IMG/VR virus record: IMGVR_UViG_3300046171_000314
Coordinates: 32,001 to 96,000 of that record
DNA: 64,000 nucleotides
Strand: one strand, 5' to 3'
From: a virus
Positions 27,611 to 38,012 of the stretch are shown piece after piece; position 1 is the stretch's first letter, and each line of letters starts with the position of its first letter. The notes beneath the pieces are model-generated. The model did no database searches and was not told where the DNA came from. It worked only from the letters and a program-made list of their open reading frames with translations. The translations under genes were made by a program, and so were the position numbers.

Positions 27611-27647
27611 CTATCCCCCCTTTCTGTGATTTGCAAGATTAAGGTGT

Positions 27648-27676
27648 ATTGTAAGAGAATAGGTCTTGACTGTCAA
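27648..27676 (-). promoter_or_regulatory. host sigma70-type promoter
   Basis: TTGACA-N17-TACAAT upstream of the sigma gene. Confidence 0.75.
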
Positions 27677-27694
27677 AGATTTTAATCAAGATTA

Positions 27695-28054
27695 TCAGTT
27701 AGCCTTTGGCATAAAAAGCCCAAACAATTTCGCCATTTCAGTAACCATTTCGTCATAGTGAGTGAAAATCCAAAACATAAGAATTACCCCTTGTTCTGAT
27801 ACTGTTGCAAAAACAGAGTCCTCCCATTCTTCTTTGGGCGGAAGATCCTTTAGTGCTTCCTCATTGTCCGTTAAGCACTCCAACATAACAAACCACATAC
27901 TTTGCCCCATCAGGTCACCATTACGGAATAGGATCTTACTGCCGCCTTTTAGTACTGCCTTGTGCTTAACCTCCCAACTGATCATTGTTGCCAATGCTGT
28001 TTCAATGGCTGATTTTACTGATTTATATTCGTCTTCTTCCACAGAAGCCCCCAA
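27695..28054 (-). CDS. hypothetical protein (start uncertain)
   Basis: C-terminal part of ORF 27695-28321 that does not overlap thyX. Confidence 0.45.
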   Translation of the reverse strand: MGASVEEDEYKSVKSAIETALATMISWEVKHKAVLKGGSKILFRNGDLMGQSMWFVMLECLTDNEEALKDLPPKEEWEDSVFATVSEQGVILMFWIFTHYDEMVTEMAKLFGLFMPKAN

Positions 28055-28109
28055 CGTTAATCTTTGTATACTTAGGAGGGTATATCTAAGGATTATCAAA
28101 GGATATGAA

Positions 28110-28757
28110 ATGAAAAAAAATGTCTTGGATAAGGGCTTTGTATCCCTTGTCGATTCGATGGGCAGTGACCTATCCGTAGTAAACTCCGCTAGAGTTTCGT
28201 TTGGAAAGAGAACTGAAAAGATGCGACCTCGTGATGAGAAACTTGTCAAGTACCTTTGGGAGCACAAACATAGTTCTCCTTTTCGACACGCAACTTTGCA
28301 GTTCCATATCAAAGCACCCATTTTTGTTCTCCGACAATGGATGAAACATCAGGTGGGGTGTTCTTGGAATGAGGCGAGCGGCAGATACATAGAGTTCGAA
28401 GGAGATTTTTATCATCCTGAAACATATCGACTTCAAAGTTCCGACAACAAACAAGGCTCGCATGGGCAGATACCAAAACAAGATCAAGCAAAAACCATTT
28501 ACGAAACATGTATGGTGTATGCTCTTAGAGATTACACACGATTACTTGAACTTGGTGTGTGTAAAGAACAGGCTCGTATGGTGTTGCCTCTTTCCCTTTA
28601 CACTGAATGTTATTGGACTTGCTCCCTCCAAGCCCTGATACACTTCCTTTCTTTAAGAGAAGATTCGCACTCTCAGTGGGAGATACAAGAGTATGCTCGT
28701 GCGGTAAGAGAGTTAGTAAAAGAGTTATTTCCTGTGTCCTTAAACTTAGGTCAATAA
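28110..28757 (+). CDS. thyX: FAD-dependent thymidylate synthase
   Basis: DSMGSDLSVVNSARVSF, HSSPFRH, RQWMKH...WNEASGRY, EQARMVLP, HSQWEIQEYA. Confidence 0.95.
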   Translation: MKKNVLDKGFVSLVDSMGSDLSVVNSARVSFGKRTEKMRPRDEKLVKYLWEHKHSSPFRHATLQFHIKAPIFVLRQWMKHQVGCSWNEASGRYIEFEGDFYHPETYRLQSSDNKQGSHGQIPKQDQAKTIYETCMVYALRDYTRLLELGVCKEQARMVLPLSLYTECYWTCSLQALIHFLSLREDSHSQWEIQEYARAVRELVKELFPVSLNLGQ

Positions 28758-28767
28758 CTCTCCTATA
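28753..28767 (+). promoter_or_regulatory. putative late promoter
   Basis: AATAAC-TCTC-CTATA. Confidence 0.6.
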
Positions 28768-28794
28768 TTTACAGAGGAAATGAAAGGAGAGCAT

Positions 28795-29109
28795 ATGCAC
28801 GGACTACATACAACGGCTTGGGTCTTCGATACAACTGATTACAAAGCAATCAAAGTTATCGACCAATACAGAGATGCAGACCACGCTCTTGCAGGTGCTT
28901 TAAGGATTATCAAAGGCATTATGGAAGAGGTTGTTTCAGAATACACCATTACTTTTTTGAATGATGATGTTGTAATAGGTGGAGAACTCATCAGGGGTAT
29001 TTGCGTGACCGTTGAAGATGCTCCTGTTGGAACTTTTGTGCCTCAGACAGAACTTGAAGAACCCTTCCAACTCGTCGTAGATGGGGAAGAGCACTTTTAT
29101 TTATATTAG
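28795..29109 (+). CDS. hypothetical protein
   Basis: AGGAG RBS before MHGLHT. Confidence 0.65.
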   Translation: MHGLHTTAWVFDTTDYKAIKVIDQYRDADHALAGALRIIKGIMEEVVSEYTITFLNDDVVIGGELIRGICVTVEDAPVGTFVPQTELEEPFQLVVDGEEHFYLY

Positions 29110-29118
29110 GAGAAAACT

Positions 29119-30154
29119 ATGAGTTTAGCGGAGAAAATTCTTGATTGTGATGACCTCATTACTTGGGATTCAGGAAGCATTTCAAGAGAAGATGCTATCG
29201 AAGAGATTGAAGATGCTTTAGACAACAGCCCTTATGGGGGTTATGGGTACAGCCTCAACTCAAAAGATTTGATTTATGTTGAAAAAAAATTGGGTTGGCT
29301 CAGACACCGTACTCATTTTTGAAGACATGGAAGATGCCGAGAAAGAAGCCAAAGAGTATTGGAGAGACTCCTTAGAAGGAGACTCAGGTCTTGTCAATAT
29401 GGAAGAGGCAGGTCGCAATGGGTTCTTGAACAAGTCACACAAAGAAGTTGAAGATGATTGGGTTGAGGGAGAAGTCGAGACATATCAAAAAGACCCTGAT
29501 GATGCTATCTCAGACTTTCAAAGCCTCTCTGATAAAAATGATGAATGGACAGAAGAGATCGAAAGCATTGAAGAAGAACTCGATAACATTAACGATGGTT
29601 GGGATGAAATCAAATATCTTATGAAAGGGATGAGAAAGCCTAAGGAAAAGCCAAGTAGAAAGTCCATCTCACACGGAGAGAAGATTACAGTACTTTTGAT
29701 GTCTGATGACGCAGGTAAAAGACAAGCGGTTGAACTTTTAGAAGCCCTTGCCGATATAGATGAGAATGATCCACAAGAGGTTGCGGATCTCTACGGAATG
29801 TTAGACAAAGCCTATGACACTATGAAAGATGCTTACGATGAGAAAGACGATGAACTAACAGATAAGAAAGATGATTACAAAGATTGGTATCAAAATGACC
29901 TTATCGATCTCATTGCTGATGAAGTAGAAGATCAGGTAAGATCCGACATTCAAATGAACTATCACGGTGATATGTTCTCTTATCTCACTATGCACTACGG
30001 TTTAGATGAAGAAAATGTAATTGAGAATTACTATAATGGCATCGACTATGAAGCCTATGCCGAGCACATCGTAGATCACGGTGGTGCAGGCACTCTGAAC
30101 TCTTATGATGGGAACATTTACGAAGAGTGTGGATTAGTTTGGTTACTCTTTTAG
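29119..30154 (+). CDS. very acidic protein with internal helical-leader-like segment; +1 frameshift in A8 run near 29285
   Basis: Removing one A joins 29119-29322 and 29276-30154 (YVEKNWVGSD); 1035 nt after correction. Confidence 0.6.
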
Positions 30155-30177
30155 AGACTGACTTGTTTTCTGACAAT

Positions 30178-30208
30178 AAAAAAGCCGATCATACTTGATC
30201 GGCTTTTT
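30178..30208. terminator. bidirectional intrinsic terminator
   Basis: AAAAAGCCGATCA-TACT-TGATCGGCTTTTT. Confidence 0.85.
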
Positions 30209-30227
30209 GCATTATGAGGTGTGTGTT

Positions 30228-31747
30228 CTATTTGTCATTGACAGGTTCTATTTCTTGGGAGATAACTCCTCTTTCCTTTGAAACAACATAGGCTGTTAAG
30301 GCTTTCCGAGATTTGTACCCTGACTTTGCGTGCCAAGCATCTGTTCCTGCCAAAGAAGGCATACGAAATACGGTCACATTACCAAAAGTTGGTAGTTCTC
30401 TTTCGGTGTGAAAGTGTCCTGTGAAAATAAACTTGTTACTTGTGATACCCCATTTCTGTCTTTCTTCTCCTGCAATGATAGCGGGGCCAATCTTTTACTG
30501 AACCGATGTCACCGTGCAAGAAAGCAAGTAAGTTCTCTCCGTAAACCACATACTGTCTGTTGAGCAAAGATTCAACGACCTCAACATTTTCTGTGTTGTG
30601 AAACCAACCCTTCATCGATGCTCTCAATAAGGTGCTCGTGTAGTAATCGTGATTTCCTGCAATAACAAACAAGGTGACAGGAGCGAACTGCCGAACAAAA
30701 TCAACATACTCTCGACAAAGTTCGACCCAAGACCAAGCCAACTCTTCAGGAGTGCCATCACAATCTTGTGCTGTCCCACGAGTAGTCGTCTTACTTTGAT
30801 TGTCTATGTGTAAGCCATCTCCACCAAGAGCAAGGAAAATCTTATCAGGCTGTCCTCTATTTTCTAGTCTTGATAACAATCCTGCTGTTGCAGAAAACAA
30901 ACGCTCCTTTGCTATTTGCCTGTTGTAAGGATCACCTCCAAACTCAGGTCCGTACTTGCCCCAATGAAAGTCAGTTGGAGAGATGACCACAGAATAAGCC
31001 TCCTTCGATTCTTTTAATTTCAAAGGGCGGACTTTATAGTCCCCTGATGTTTGTATGATCTTGTTGAACAGGTCTGCTTGGAGGAACTCCCTTCTTCTAA
31101 ACTTCTCAGCATCTTTCTTTATCTTATTCCATTCCTTTCTTTGGGCTTTCACAAGAACTTGCTCTTCTTTCTTTCTAAGTAGATCTTCAACCAAGTGTAT
31201 TTGTTCTGTGCCTGACATCTCTTCGTCTGTCCAAGGGGCTTGAATCGTGGGTCACACCCATAACTCTCAGTAGTTCAACTACGGTCTTTCGTGACAGCCC
31301 TTGCTTTCTGCAAATCTCATTTATGCTTGCAGGAGCACCATCCCAATTTGAATAGGCTTCCTTGATAGACCTCCAACGAACCGCAGGAATAGCAAGTGGT
31401 CGCTTTCTTGATGGCAAATGTACAACATATAAATCACGATCTTTGTCGTACCAATAAGTTTGATTGTGCTCCCAATTGTCTACTTCAAGTGGAGGAAGAT
31501 TTTCCTCTGAAGCAGACTCAGAACCATAAATCTCTTCCTCAGAAATAGTGTCCTCTTCTTCTATGTCAGGGCTTAATATGTTTTTCAAACACCAAGTACC
31601 AACAGCCTTTGCTTCTTTGTATGAATCAAGACCTAAAAATTCTCCGTGCCTGTCATAAAGCCTCTTCCAATTATATGTTCTTGCTAATGACTTAATGGTC
31701 GCTCTCTGTCCCTCCGACAGAGAACTCCAAAACTTTTCGATATTCAT
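30228..31747 (-). CDS. HTH + calcineurin-like metallophosphoesterase; two +1 frameshifts (about 31235 and 30485)
   Basis: DFHWG, GDGLH, GNHD, HGD and, after the second shift, TGHFH; 1518 nt after removing 2 bases. Confidence 0.8.
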
Positions 31748-31806
31748 AAAGAAAATCCCCCATAGTAGTTTCACTAATAGGGGCATAATAGAACGATTAA
31801 CAGAAC

Positions 31807-32898
31807 TTAGGGGATTCCTATGTATTCATGTGAATAACAAACACGAATTTTTTCCCTGTTCGAATGATCTTTATTTTTTTGAAAAGACTCAACCATTGTT
31901 GTGTATCGATCCGTTCGATATACTCGGTTTTTTGAGGTAGGCTTCCACTTGGGTGATCTTTCTCTTTGCTCTCCTAATCTTGGGTGGGCTGTTTTTCCAA
32001 AAAACCTCTTATCTTGATCTATATACGTTTGAGCAACCGCCTCTATCAATCGAACCCCAATACCAAAACCTTGATACTTTGGAAGAACCACCAATCGATG
32101 TCCTCTCACTGCATTCTTTATAGTGCCTGAGGGAAAGGGGAGAATTGCAAGAAAGCCCACAGGTTTTTCATCTATCAAAGCGAGATAACAAGTGCTTGCT
32201 TTATTTATCTGACCTGTCAGGTAGTGATACTTAGCAAACATTCCCCAATAATCAGTACTTGTTCTGAAGATTTGTAACTGCAAAGGTGTCCGAAGTGACC
32301 TCCCTACGGACAAAACACCCGTATTAGTGTTGAACACCCAATCAGGGCAAAGCCATTCTAAGATATCTTCGTGACAAGTAGCCACCACCACACCTTTCAG
32401 GTTTTCTTTGTCTATGTATCGTCGGACAGACACGGACAGGCTTTTGGCAGTGTCCCTGTCGACAACACTTGTGAATTCATCAAACACCGCCCCATCTTTC
32501 AAACCTCTTGCGATCTTAGCCCTGTACTGCTCACCGAAGGAAAGAACGTGGTGTGGTTTCAACCAAGAGGGGATCGTATTCAACCCAACAGACATAAGCC
32601 TTTCTATGGCATCATCAGGAGTTTGGAAATGAGAAACTATTGCTTTGTGTCGTTCCCAAGTGAAGTTCTCTTCTTCTCCAAAGTCTTTCAATAAAAGACT
32701 TTTCCCTGTGCCACTGTCACCAACGATCATTCCCACTGTAAAGTCTTCGGGTATATCAGGCTTATCCCATAGTTCGAACTCAGTGTATCCTTTGAAGGTG
32801 TAGTCTAGAGCCTCGCAAGCACGCTCTACAAATTCATCCATCTCTACTTCCGCTCGAACCTTTCTACGTTCTCCCATTAATAAATCAAGTATGTTCAT
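31807..32898 (-). CDS. ABC-type ATPase fused to GNAT acetyltransferase
   Basis: GDSGTGKS, LSFGEQYR, VFDEFTSVVDR, ATCH; HRLVVLPKYQGFGIG. Confidence 0.85.
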   Translation of the reverse strand: MNILDLLMGERRKVRAEVEMDEFVERACEALDYTFKGYTEFELWDKPDIPEDFTVGMIVGDSGTGKSLLLKDFGEEENFTWERHKAIVSHFQTPDDAIERLMSVGLNTIPSWLKPHHVLSFGEQYRAKIARGLKDGAVFDEFTSVVDRDTAKSLSVSVRRYIDKENLKGVVVATCHEDILEWLCPDWVFNTNTGVLSVGRSLRTPLQLQIFRTSTDYWGMFAKYHYLTGQINKASTCYLALIDEKPVGFLAILPFPSGTIKNAVRGHRLVVLPKYQGFGIGVRLIEAVAQTYIDQDKRFFGKTAHPRLGEQRERSPKWKPTSKNRVYRTDRYTTMVESFQKNKDHSNREKIRVCYSHEYIGIP

Positions 32899-32934
32899 AA
32901 TCTCTCCTTTGAGAGACTATACCGATTTCTATTG

Positions 32935-33222
32935 TTACTTTGGTTTTGATAAGAGTTCTTTTATGTCATCTACCTTTTCGGTCATTGAATCCATCTTGCC
33001 ATCGAGTTTTACAAGTTGGATAGAGTTCTGCATAACGGTCTTTTCAATGGTTTTCATTGCTGTTTCGTTCTCAGCAACCTTTTGTTCAAGTCGGGATAGT
33101 TGTTCATTCTGAACAGCCATTGTTATTTCAAGTTTTATCCCCCAAACAAGCAAGGGAAGCACGAGGAGGGCTAGTCCATCTCGTATGTAAGACCAATAGT
33201 TGGGGGTACTTGGGGCAGACAT
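32935..33222 (-). CDS. single-TM coiled-coil membrane protein, holin-like
   Basis: TM LALLVLPLLVWGI then coiled coil; late motif at 33263-33277. Confidence 0.5.
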   Translation of the reverse strand: MSAPSTPNYWSYIRDGLALLVLPLLVWGIKLEITMAVQNEQLSRLEQKVAENETAMKTIEKTVMQNSIQLVKLDGKMDSMTEKVDDIKELLSKPK

Positions 33223-33262
33223 AATAACTCCAATAAAAGAATATTCTCTAATATCAATTGAA

Positions 33263-33277
33263 TATAGAAAGATGATT
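33263..33277 (-). promoter_or_regulatory. putative late promoter
   Basis: AATCAT-CTTT-CTATA. Confidence 0.55.
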
Positions 33278-33300
33278 GAACTTAAGAACTGCCCTCTGAA

Positions 33301-34077
33301 TCAACTAACTAGGGCATGTCTTAGTTTATCTATTTCACGAAAAATGATTTTTCTCACCGCCTCTCTCGATAAAGAAAATTGTTGTGCAATTTTGTTCAAA
33401 GATTGAGGGGTTTCGCCTGTCAATCCGAAACGCTTTTTTATAATCTCTTGGTGTCTTTGATTGCTTAGTTTATCCAATGCCTCAAGCAGCAACCTTTTTT
33501 CTTCCTCTTCTAAGGTGTGGGATAAAGGATCTTGCACCTGATGATCGACAATAATATCTTTCAGCAGGAAATCTTCTGAGAGGGGTGTCTCTAAAGAGGT
33601 AGGTGGGGGTGGGATGAGGGATATTTGGTCATAATGTTTCTTAGAAATGGCTGTCATTGCCAAACAATCTTCTAAGGAAAACCCTTGTTTAATCATTGCT
33701 TCTATTTGTGAGCAGTGCTTCATTTGCTCTTTTCGATATTCAGGGATAGCAATCAAGTCCGAGTGACACCTCCTCATTGCTTGCTTAATCCACCAAGTTG
33801 CATAGGTTGAGAACCGAAAACCCTTTTCAGGGTCATACTTTTTTGTTGCAATCATCAAGCCGATGTTCCCCTCTTGGATGAGATCCTCAAGAGGGCTTGG
33901 GTTTCTCTTCACTTCTTTTTGAGCAAGAGAAACCACCAAACGGAGGTTTGAAACAATCATTTTCTCAAAGGATCTGACACACCCTTTCTGTATTTTTGTG
34001 CCAAGTTCTAACTCTTCTTTTGCAGACAAGAGTTTGTGGTTCTTCAGTGATTCTAAATACGAGTCAATATCATTCAT
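33301..34077 (-). CDS. RpoD/RpoS-like sigma-70 factor
   Basis: SNLRLVVSLA, DLIQEGNIGL, KYDPEKGFRFSTYATWWIKQA, RFGL...SLNKIA..LSREAVRKI. Confidence 0.95.
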   Translation of the reverse strand: MNDIDSYLESLKNHKLLSAKEELELGTKIQKGCVRSFEKMIVSNLRLVVSLAQKEVKRNPSPLEDLIQEGNIGLMIATKKYDPEKGFRFSTYATWWIKQAMRRCHSDLIAIPEYRKEQMKHCSQIEAMIKQGFSLEDCLAMTAISKKHYDQISLIPPPPTSLETPLSEDFLLKDIIVDHQVQDPLSHTLEEEEKRLLLEALDKLSNQRHQEIIKKRFGLTGETPQSLNKIAQQFSLSREAVRKIIFREIDKLRHALVS

Positions 34078-34513
34078 TCTTTTTCCAAATGTATTCTAGG
34101 ACAGGAACATCTGCCCACTGAGAATAATACTCAGGCTTTTTCTGATAAAGTTTTGATCTGTGAGATCGGTGGAAAGATTCATCCCCTAGCCAAATCGGAG
34201 GTGTGATAAATTCACGCCAATGCTCTCCTCCAATGGCTTGTGCTTTCTGTTCTATCTTACCCAAACACGTGTCCTTATAGCCTCGACCAAGCCACTCTCT
34301 GCAAATTGCCATCCCATATTCACACAAAGACAACTCCGCATTTTCCCACATTATAACCGCAGGGTGGTTGACCCATCCTTTTTGAATTCCTTCTCTCCTA
34401 TTTTGCAAAGCATTAAGTATTTGAAGCGTTTCCACTCTTTGTTTGCCCAACCTTGCTCTATCAAGGGTTTTGGCAGATTTTTCAAAGTTCTCATAAGGTA
34501 AAAAAGTTTGCAT
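34070..34513 (-). CDS. pyrimidine-dimer DNA glycosylase / endonuclease V-like protein
   Basis: MQTFLPY..F..SA..LD..RLGKQRVE..QIL, NHPAVIMW, SHRSKL..K.PEYY. Confidence 0.85.
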   Translation of the reverse strand: MQTFLPYENFEKSAKTLDRARLGKQRVETLQILNALQNRREGIQKGWVNHPAVIMWENAELSLCEYGMAICREWLGRGYKDTCLGKIEQKAQAIGGEHWREFITPPIWLGDESFHRSHRSKLYQKKPEYYSQWADVPVLEYIWKKNE

Positions 34514-34547
34514 AGTATTCTCCTGTTGTGCAAGGCTTTTACCGAAT

Positions 34548-35093
34548 TCACTCTTTGGAGAGATCGGATTGTTCCTTTGCTATTTGTTTGAAAATATCAT
34601 CGATGTTTGGCATATGTTCCTCCCACTGATCTCGAAGGTAGGTGATTGTCGTTTGTCCTGTTGCAACAGGGTGTATCATAAAAATAACGAAAAGGTTGTC
34701 AGGCAACATCTTGTACAAACCTTTCACATCGTTACGGAGTTCGACCATCTTCCCAACAGAATCACTTAGACAAATTTTATAGAAGTAAAAAAACTGTTCG
34801 TCTTCCTCAATATCATCGAAAGGAGGGTGCGTGTTCATAACTCCCTCAATCAAAAGCATAAACCTCTCAAATGATAAAACGAATGGTCTCGCACCTGCCC
34901 ATTCTCTTGGTATCTGCTTAGTTCCAAAGACCACCTTAGCAGGAGATTTTCTTTCGAGGAGTTGATTCATCACACTCATAAAAAAATGATCGTGAAACCA
35001 ATTAAAAGTCGCCCACGCAAAGCCTTTATTTCCATTATTAATTCCAATAAGTTCTGAGCCATCTGACACAAAAACTGCAAGGTGGTTTTTCAT
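34548..35093 (-). CDS. hypothetical protein
   Basis: GAGGAG RBS, 181 aa. Confidence 0.7.
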   Translation of the reverse strand: MKNHLAVFVSDGSELIGINNGNKGFAWATFNWFHDHFFMSVMNQLLERKSPAKVVFGTKQIPREWAGARPFVLSFERFMLLIEGVMNTHPPFDDIEEDEQFFYFYKICLSDSVGKMVELRNDVKGLYKMLPDNLFVIFMIHPVATGQTTITYLRDQWEEHMPNIDDIFKQIAKEQSDLSKE

Positions 35094-35203
35094 AACGCTC
35101 CTCTAGTTACCTAGACCCAAATATAGAAACTTAATTGAAGTGCCCCTCTTGGGAAAAAAAGACCCCCAAAGTTGGGGGTAGTGATTTTGTCAAATTCCAT
35201 AGA

Positions 35204-35491
35204 CTAGAAGACTAGGTGATTGTAATAAGTCCAAGCAATATCACAGGCTTGGGGGCATTCTTTTCTCAAAGAGCCAAGATGGGAAATAAAATCTTTTTTG
35301 AGTAAAGGAAAGTCTCCATCAAAAAGATCAGGTGCTTCTTCAAGCACCCCCATTACAGCAGACCAAGCAAGGGTTTCACATTGTTTTTGCCAATGCTCTT
35401 CCTGTGCCCTTTCTACATTTTCAAGGGCTTGCTCTTCTCGCTCCTTAGCCTCTTCTATCCATTTTGTGATGTTCATATGAATTGACATAAT
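35204..35491 (-). CDS. hypothetical protein
   Basis: AGGAGG RBS before MSIHMN. Confidence 0.6.
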   Translation of the reverse strand: MMSIHMNITKWIEEAKEREEQALENVERAQEEHWQKQCETLAWSAVMGVLEEAPDLFDGDFPLLKKDFISHLGSLRKECPQACDIAWTYYNHLVF

Positions 35492-35657
35492 AGCCTCCTT
35501 ATTCTTTGTCATAGCCATCGAACCAAACACCTTCTTTTCGGGTCTTTGGGTCACGACAATGGGCTTGGGCTTGTTCAAGAGACAAGCCTCGTTTGATGAT
35601 GCGTTTGCGATTGTGGTTCTTGTAGAACCGAATGATTTTGTAAGTCATACTGACCTC

Positions 35658-35870
35658 CTAGTGGTGTGTTTTTTCTATTTCAGAGATACGAACAAGAGCG
35701 TTAGGAAACTCGGCAAGGGTTAGTTCTTTGAACATATCCCTCGTCATTGGAATCCCACATAAGAACTGTGGGAAATTCCTCTCAACAAACTCTATCTTGT
35801 GGCAAAGCCCTTCCACACCCTCAGGATATGGAATAGGGGTTTTAATCTCAAAAGTAACGATATAAGTCAT
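35658..35870 (-). CDS. hypothetical protein
   Basis: GGAGGTCA RBS before MTYIVT. Confidence 0.6.
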   Translation of the reverse strand: MTYIVTFEIKTPIPYPEGVEGLCHKIEFVERNFPQFLCGIPMTRDMFKELTLAEFPNALVRISEIEKTHH

Positions 35871-35905
35871 AGTGACCTCCTGTAAAATGTTATGTAATGT
35901 TATAT

Positions 35906-36503
35906 TTAAGCAACTCGCCAACCGCCCTTATACGACTTCTTGACAACGATTTCTTCACCGCCTTCGCAACCTTTTGCATCAGCAAGCCAACAGGCGATAG
36001 CGATTTCAGTGTCTTTCACAATGATATGTCCTTTCGGATACCAAGCCTCAACACCACCGATTGCCGCCTTGATTGCTTTGTCAGACTCGGCAAGGATAGC
36101 CAAGCCCTCAAACTTGCGGTGAGTAGGAACAGCGACCTCTTTGGCTTCCTCAGCCCCCTTGTCAGCCTTCGCACGATTTACCCAACGATGGGCAACCGCA
36201 TTAATATGCTTGCAAGGGTCAAGTTTGAAAGGGGCAGTGCCCTTCAGGGTTCATTCTTTTGAAGGATCTACAAGTACAAGAGATTGAGCCTGTACCGACA
36301 GGGTTCTCTTTTGTAGAGTAAGGGTTGAAGTCAGCAGAGATAGCCACAACATAATCAGCAGTGCCTTTGCAAGTCGCTGTAATGCCTTTTGAGTTGGCTT
36401 TGGCATCAACCACAGTGGTATCAGCGACTCGCTCTGTGTAGCGAAGTCTAGTTGCTTTGAGAACATCGTTTGCGGCTTTGTCTAGGATTTCTGTAATAGT
36501 CAT
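35906..36503 (-). CDS. SWIM zinc-finger protein; +1 frameshift near 36230-36250
   Basis: SCTCRSF in frame 0 and PCKHINAVA in frame +1 complete CxC...CKH; 597 nt after correction. Confidence 0.75.
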
Positions 36504-36552
36504 TATTGACCTCCGATTGAGTAAAAAATTGAGTGGTTATTGGATTCATTGT

Positions 36553-36577
36553 CTATACGATTGTCGAAAATTTACGT
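36553..36577 (-). promoter_or_regulatory. putative ECF-like promoter
   Basis: ACGTAA-ATTTTCGACA-ATCGTATAG. Confidence 0.65.
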
Positions 36578-36597
36578 TAGGGTTTCAAGCCTTAATC

Positions 36598-36777
36598 TCA
36601 GTGCCAATGATGATCATTGTCCCCACAAACATATTGATTGTGGTATCGCTCTTCCAACTCAGCGAGAAGAGCCTCGTCACGAGCCTTTTCTTCTTCAAGT
36701 TGTTTTTTGTAGTTTTCAATGTCACGATCAACTGCATCTTGGGCATCGATATCAGGTGTATTGTATTCATTTTCCAT
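36598..36777 (-). CDS. small acidic hypothetical protein
   Basis: GGAGGTCA RBS before MENEYN. Confidence 0.6.
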   Translation of the reverse strand: MENEYNTPDIDAQDAVDRDIENYKKQLEEEKARDEALLAELEERYHNQYVCGDNDHHWH

Positions 36778-36801
36778 ATTGACCTCCGTTGTTGTCCCTT
36801 C

Positions 36802-36826
36802 CCATACGATTCTCAAAATTTTACGT
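36802..36826 (-). promoter_or_regulatory. putative ECF-like promoter
   Basis: ACGTAA-AATTTTGAGA-ATCGTATGG. Confidence 0.65.
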
Positions 36827-36897
36827 CATAGTTTTGGAATATTTTTTTTATACTTTTCAATGGTTGGTACTTTATTTGGAACGCATTGGAGGAGAAA

Positions 36898-37908
36898 ATG
36901 TACGACCCGTTGGTAACTCTTTTTGAGAGAATAAAAGAGAGTGGGGGATTTGTTAATGCCCACTGCCACCTTGATAGAGCCTATACTCTAACGAAGGTAG
37001 ATGTAGAGCAGGGAATGATTTATGCCCCCCTTGAAAAAAAGTGGTTATTGGTGGATGCCCTCAAAGCCGAACTCAGCGAAGATGATTATGAAATAAGAAT
37101 GAAATTCGCCATCAAGAAGCAAAAAGAAATGGGTGTGTCTACTTGTTTGAGTTTTATCGACATTGATCCTGTTGTCGGAATGAAAGCCATCAATGCAGCA
37201 GTAAAGGTCAAGGCTTACGCAAAAGAGGAACTAGAACTTGATCTTCTCTTGGCGAGCCAAACCTTGAAAGGCGTTAATAATGCGGACTCTAAGAAACTAT
37301 TAGAAAAAGCCTTACAAGATCAAATGCTTGATGTGATTGGATCTCTCCCAAGAGCGGACAGGGATATGAACAGACATTTTGATACAATCTTCTCTATGGC
37401 TCGTGAAGCCAACCTACCTGTCCATTCGCACGTCGATCAGAACAATACTCCCACTGAAAAGGAAACCGAACTCCTTATTAATAAGGTGAAAGAGTTCTCT
37501 TATTTTGGAAAGACTACCGCAGTGCATAGCATCTCACTAGCCACACAAAAGAAAGGATATCGGAAAATGGTGTATTCAATGGCGAGGGATGTGGGATTGA
37601 ATTTTGTGTCCTGCCCTACTGCTTGGATTGACCACAAACGAAATGAAATGATGATGCCCTTCCATAATGCCCTCACTCCTGTAGATGAACTGTTGGAACA
37701 TAACCTTGTTGTTGCAGTGGGGACAGACAATATAAACGATGTGTATAAACCTTTTTGTAATGGGGATATGAAAGTAGAACTACGTTTGCTGTTGGAAGGG
37801 AACAAGATTTATGATTCAAACAAGTTGTTTGACATAGCCACAAGAAACGGTCTTATCTGTTGTGGTGGGGGAACTTTCCAAAAACCCTCTTTGCGGTTGC
37901 TGTATTAG
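36898..37908 (+). CDS. amidohydrolase, cytosine-deaminase (CodA)-like
   Basis: FVNAHCHLD, HSHVDQ, AVHSISL, VSCPT, VGTDNIND. Confidence 0.8.
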   Translation: MYDPLVTLFERIKESGGFVNAHCHLDRAYTLTKVDVEQGMIYAPLEKKWLLVDALKAELSEDDYEIRMKFAIKKQKEMGVSTCLSFIDIDPVVGMKAINAAVKVKAYAKEELELDLLLASQTLKGVNNADSKKLLEKALQDQMLDVIGSLPRADRDMNRHFDTIFSMAREANLPVHSHVDQNNTPTEKETELLINKVKEFSYFGKTTAVHSISLATQKKGYRKMVYSMARDVGLNFVSCPTAWIDHKRNEMMMPFHNALTPVDELLEHNLVVAVGTDNINDVYKPFCNGDMKVELRLLLEGNKIYDSNKLFDIATRNGLICCGGGTFQKPSLRLLY

Positions 37909-38012
37909 GAAAGTTCAGTTCAAGTACATCGACTCTATCGTACGCTGCGGATGAGTTAGTATGTTTGCTCCAATCTTTATTAGGGTTTGTTATTGAAGAA
38001 TTAGGGAAAAAG

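Noticed and set aside
27762-28109. Long N-terminal extension of ThyX
   Set aside because: Overlaps an opposite-strand ORF; ThyX homology and RBS begin at ATG 28110
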